The position numbers and the translations under genes were made by a program. A stretch of 63,045 nucleotides of DNA, the filler included, from Octopus bimaculoides (taxonomy: Eukaryota), in NCBI RefSeq assembly GCF_001194135.2. It is 6 parts of 6 records of this genome, joined end to end, with 100 filler letters (N's around TTAATTAATTAA, not from the genome) between each part and the next. Parts side by side here need not be neighbours in the genome. Positions count along the whole stretch, not along the records: positions 59,660 to 63,045 come from NC_068981.1; 5 more parts are not named here. The stretch is one strand, 5' to 3'. The notes beneath the pieces were generated by a model. The model was not told where the DNA came from. It was given only the letters and a program-made list of their open reading frames with translations, and did not search any database. Below, one piece after another: positions 62,479 through 63,045 of this stretch. Numbering within the stretch: the stretch's first letter is position 1; the number at the start of each line of letters is the position of its first letter.

Positions 62479-62815
62479 TCTCCCCTTCCCCTCTCTCAGT
62501 GACTAGTAAAAGCTTTGAGAATCCAGCATATAGACACTCCCTAACTCCCTATCTATGTTAGTTTGTCCTTCCTTCCTTCTCATCTCTCTCTCTCTCTCTC
62601 ATAGTGACCTGTCAAAAGATATGCTAGGACCGATCTCCCCTTCCCCTCTCTCAGTGACTAGTAAAAGCTTTGAGAAGGGTATGCAATGAGAATCCAGCAT
62701 ATAGACACTCCTAACTTCCTGTCTATGTTAGTTTGTCCTTCCTTCCTTCCCCCCTCTCTCTCTCACACTCTCTCTCTCTCTCTCTTAGTGACCTGTCAAA
62801 AGATATGCTAAGACC
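62479..62815. repeat. Tandem duplication (units of about 153 and 182 bp)
   Basis: Both units start tctccccttcccctctctcagtgactagtaaaagctttgagaa and end gacctgtcaaaagatatgcta(g/a)gacc. Confidence 0.95.
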
Positions 62816-63045
62816 ATAGCATATATATTTTGTACCCCTTCCTCTCTCTGTCAGTGATTCCACAAATTTATCATAGGAAGTAATGCTTTCTGATAATAGC
62901 ATGACCCCTACCTCTCTATCTCTTTGTTAGCTGGTTCTGACCGGAACTAGAGCAGTTCTCGAGAACTGCTATAATTAGCCATAATTCTTGGAACAGCCTG
63001 GCGGTAAGCTCGAATCTTTTATCCAAAACATCTGTTTGCACTATT

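Overview
Eukaryotic, AT-rich draft-assembly DNA with no prokaryotic features. The repeat content (tRNA-derived SINEs with internal microsatellites, RTE, R4/Dong and Penelope retroelements, abundant (TA)n/(CA)n) suggests a cephalopod, probably Octopus; this is inference, not a database match. About 25 N-gaps total roughly 9 kb (~14%). Five are 100-nt scaffold joins carrying the artificial spacer TTAATTAATTAA. Nearly all long ORFs in the track are microsatellite or N artefacts. Host gene content is small: one well-supported minus-strand 153-nt TPR exon resembling TONSL (51130-51282) and one unidentified candidate terminal exon (26376-26497, minus). The rest is intronic or intergenic transposon debris: four SINE families, RTE, R4/Dong and CR1-like LINE fragments, several Penelope-like (PLE) fragments, a deleted mariner, a hAT MITE and two piggyBac-like MITEs. 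The most interesting signals are (1) one intact and three variant minimal type-I hammerhead ribozyme folds with palindromic stem III in different PLE-like termini, (2) a Penelope copy with inverted terminal repeats, (3) apparent microsatellite-targeted insertion, (4) SINEs that swap head, body and tail modules, and (5) a perfect 39-bp hairpin. Hammerheads in PLEs are a known phenomenon, so any novelty would be at the level of these particular families. I found no clearly new biological system.
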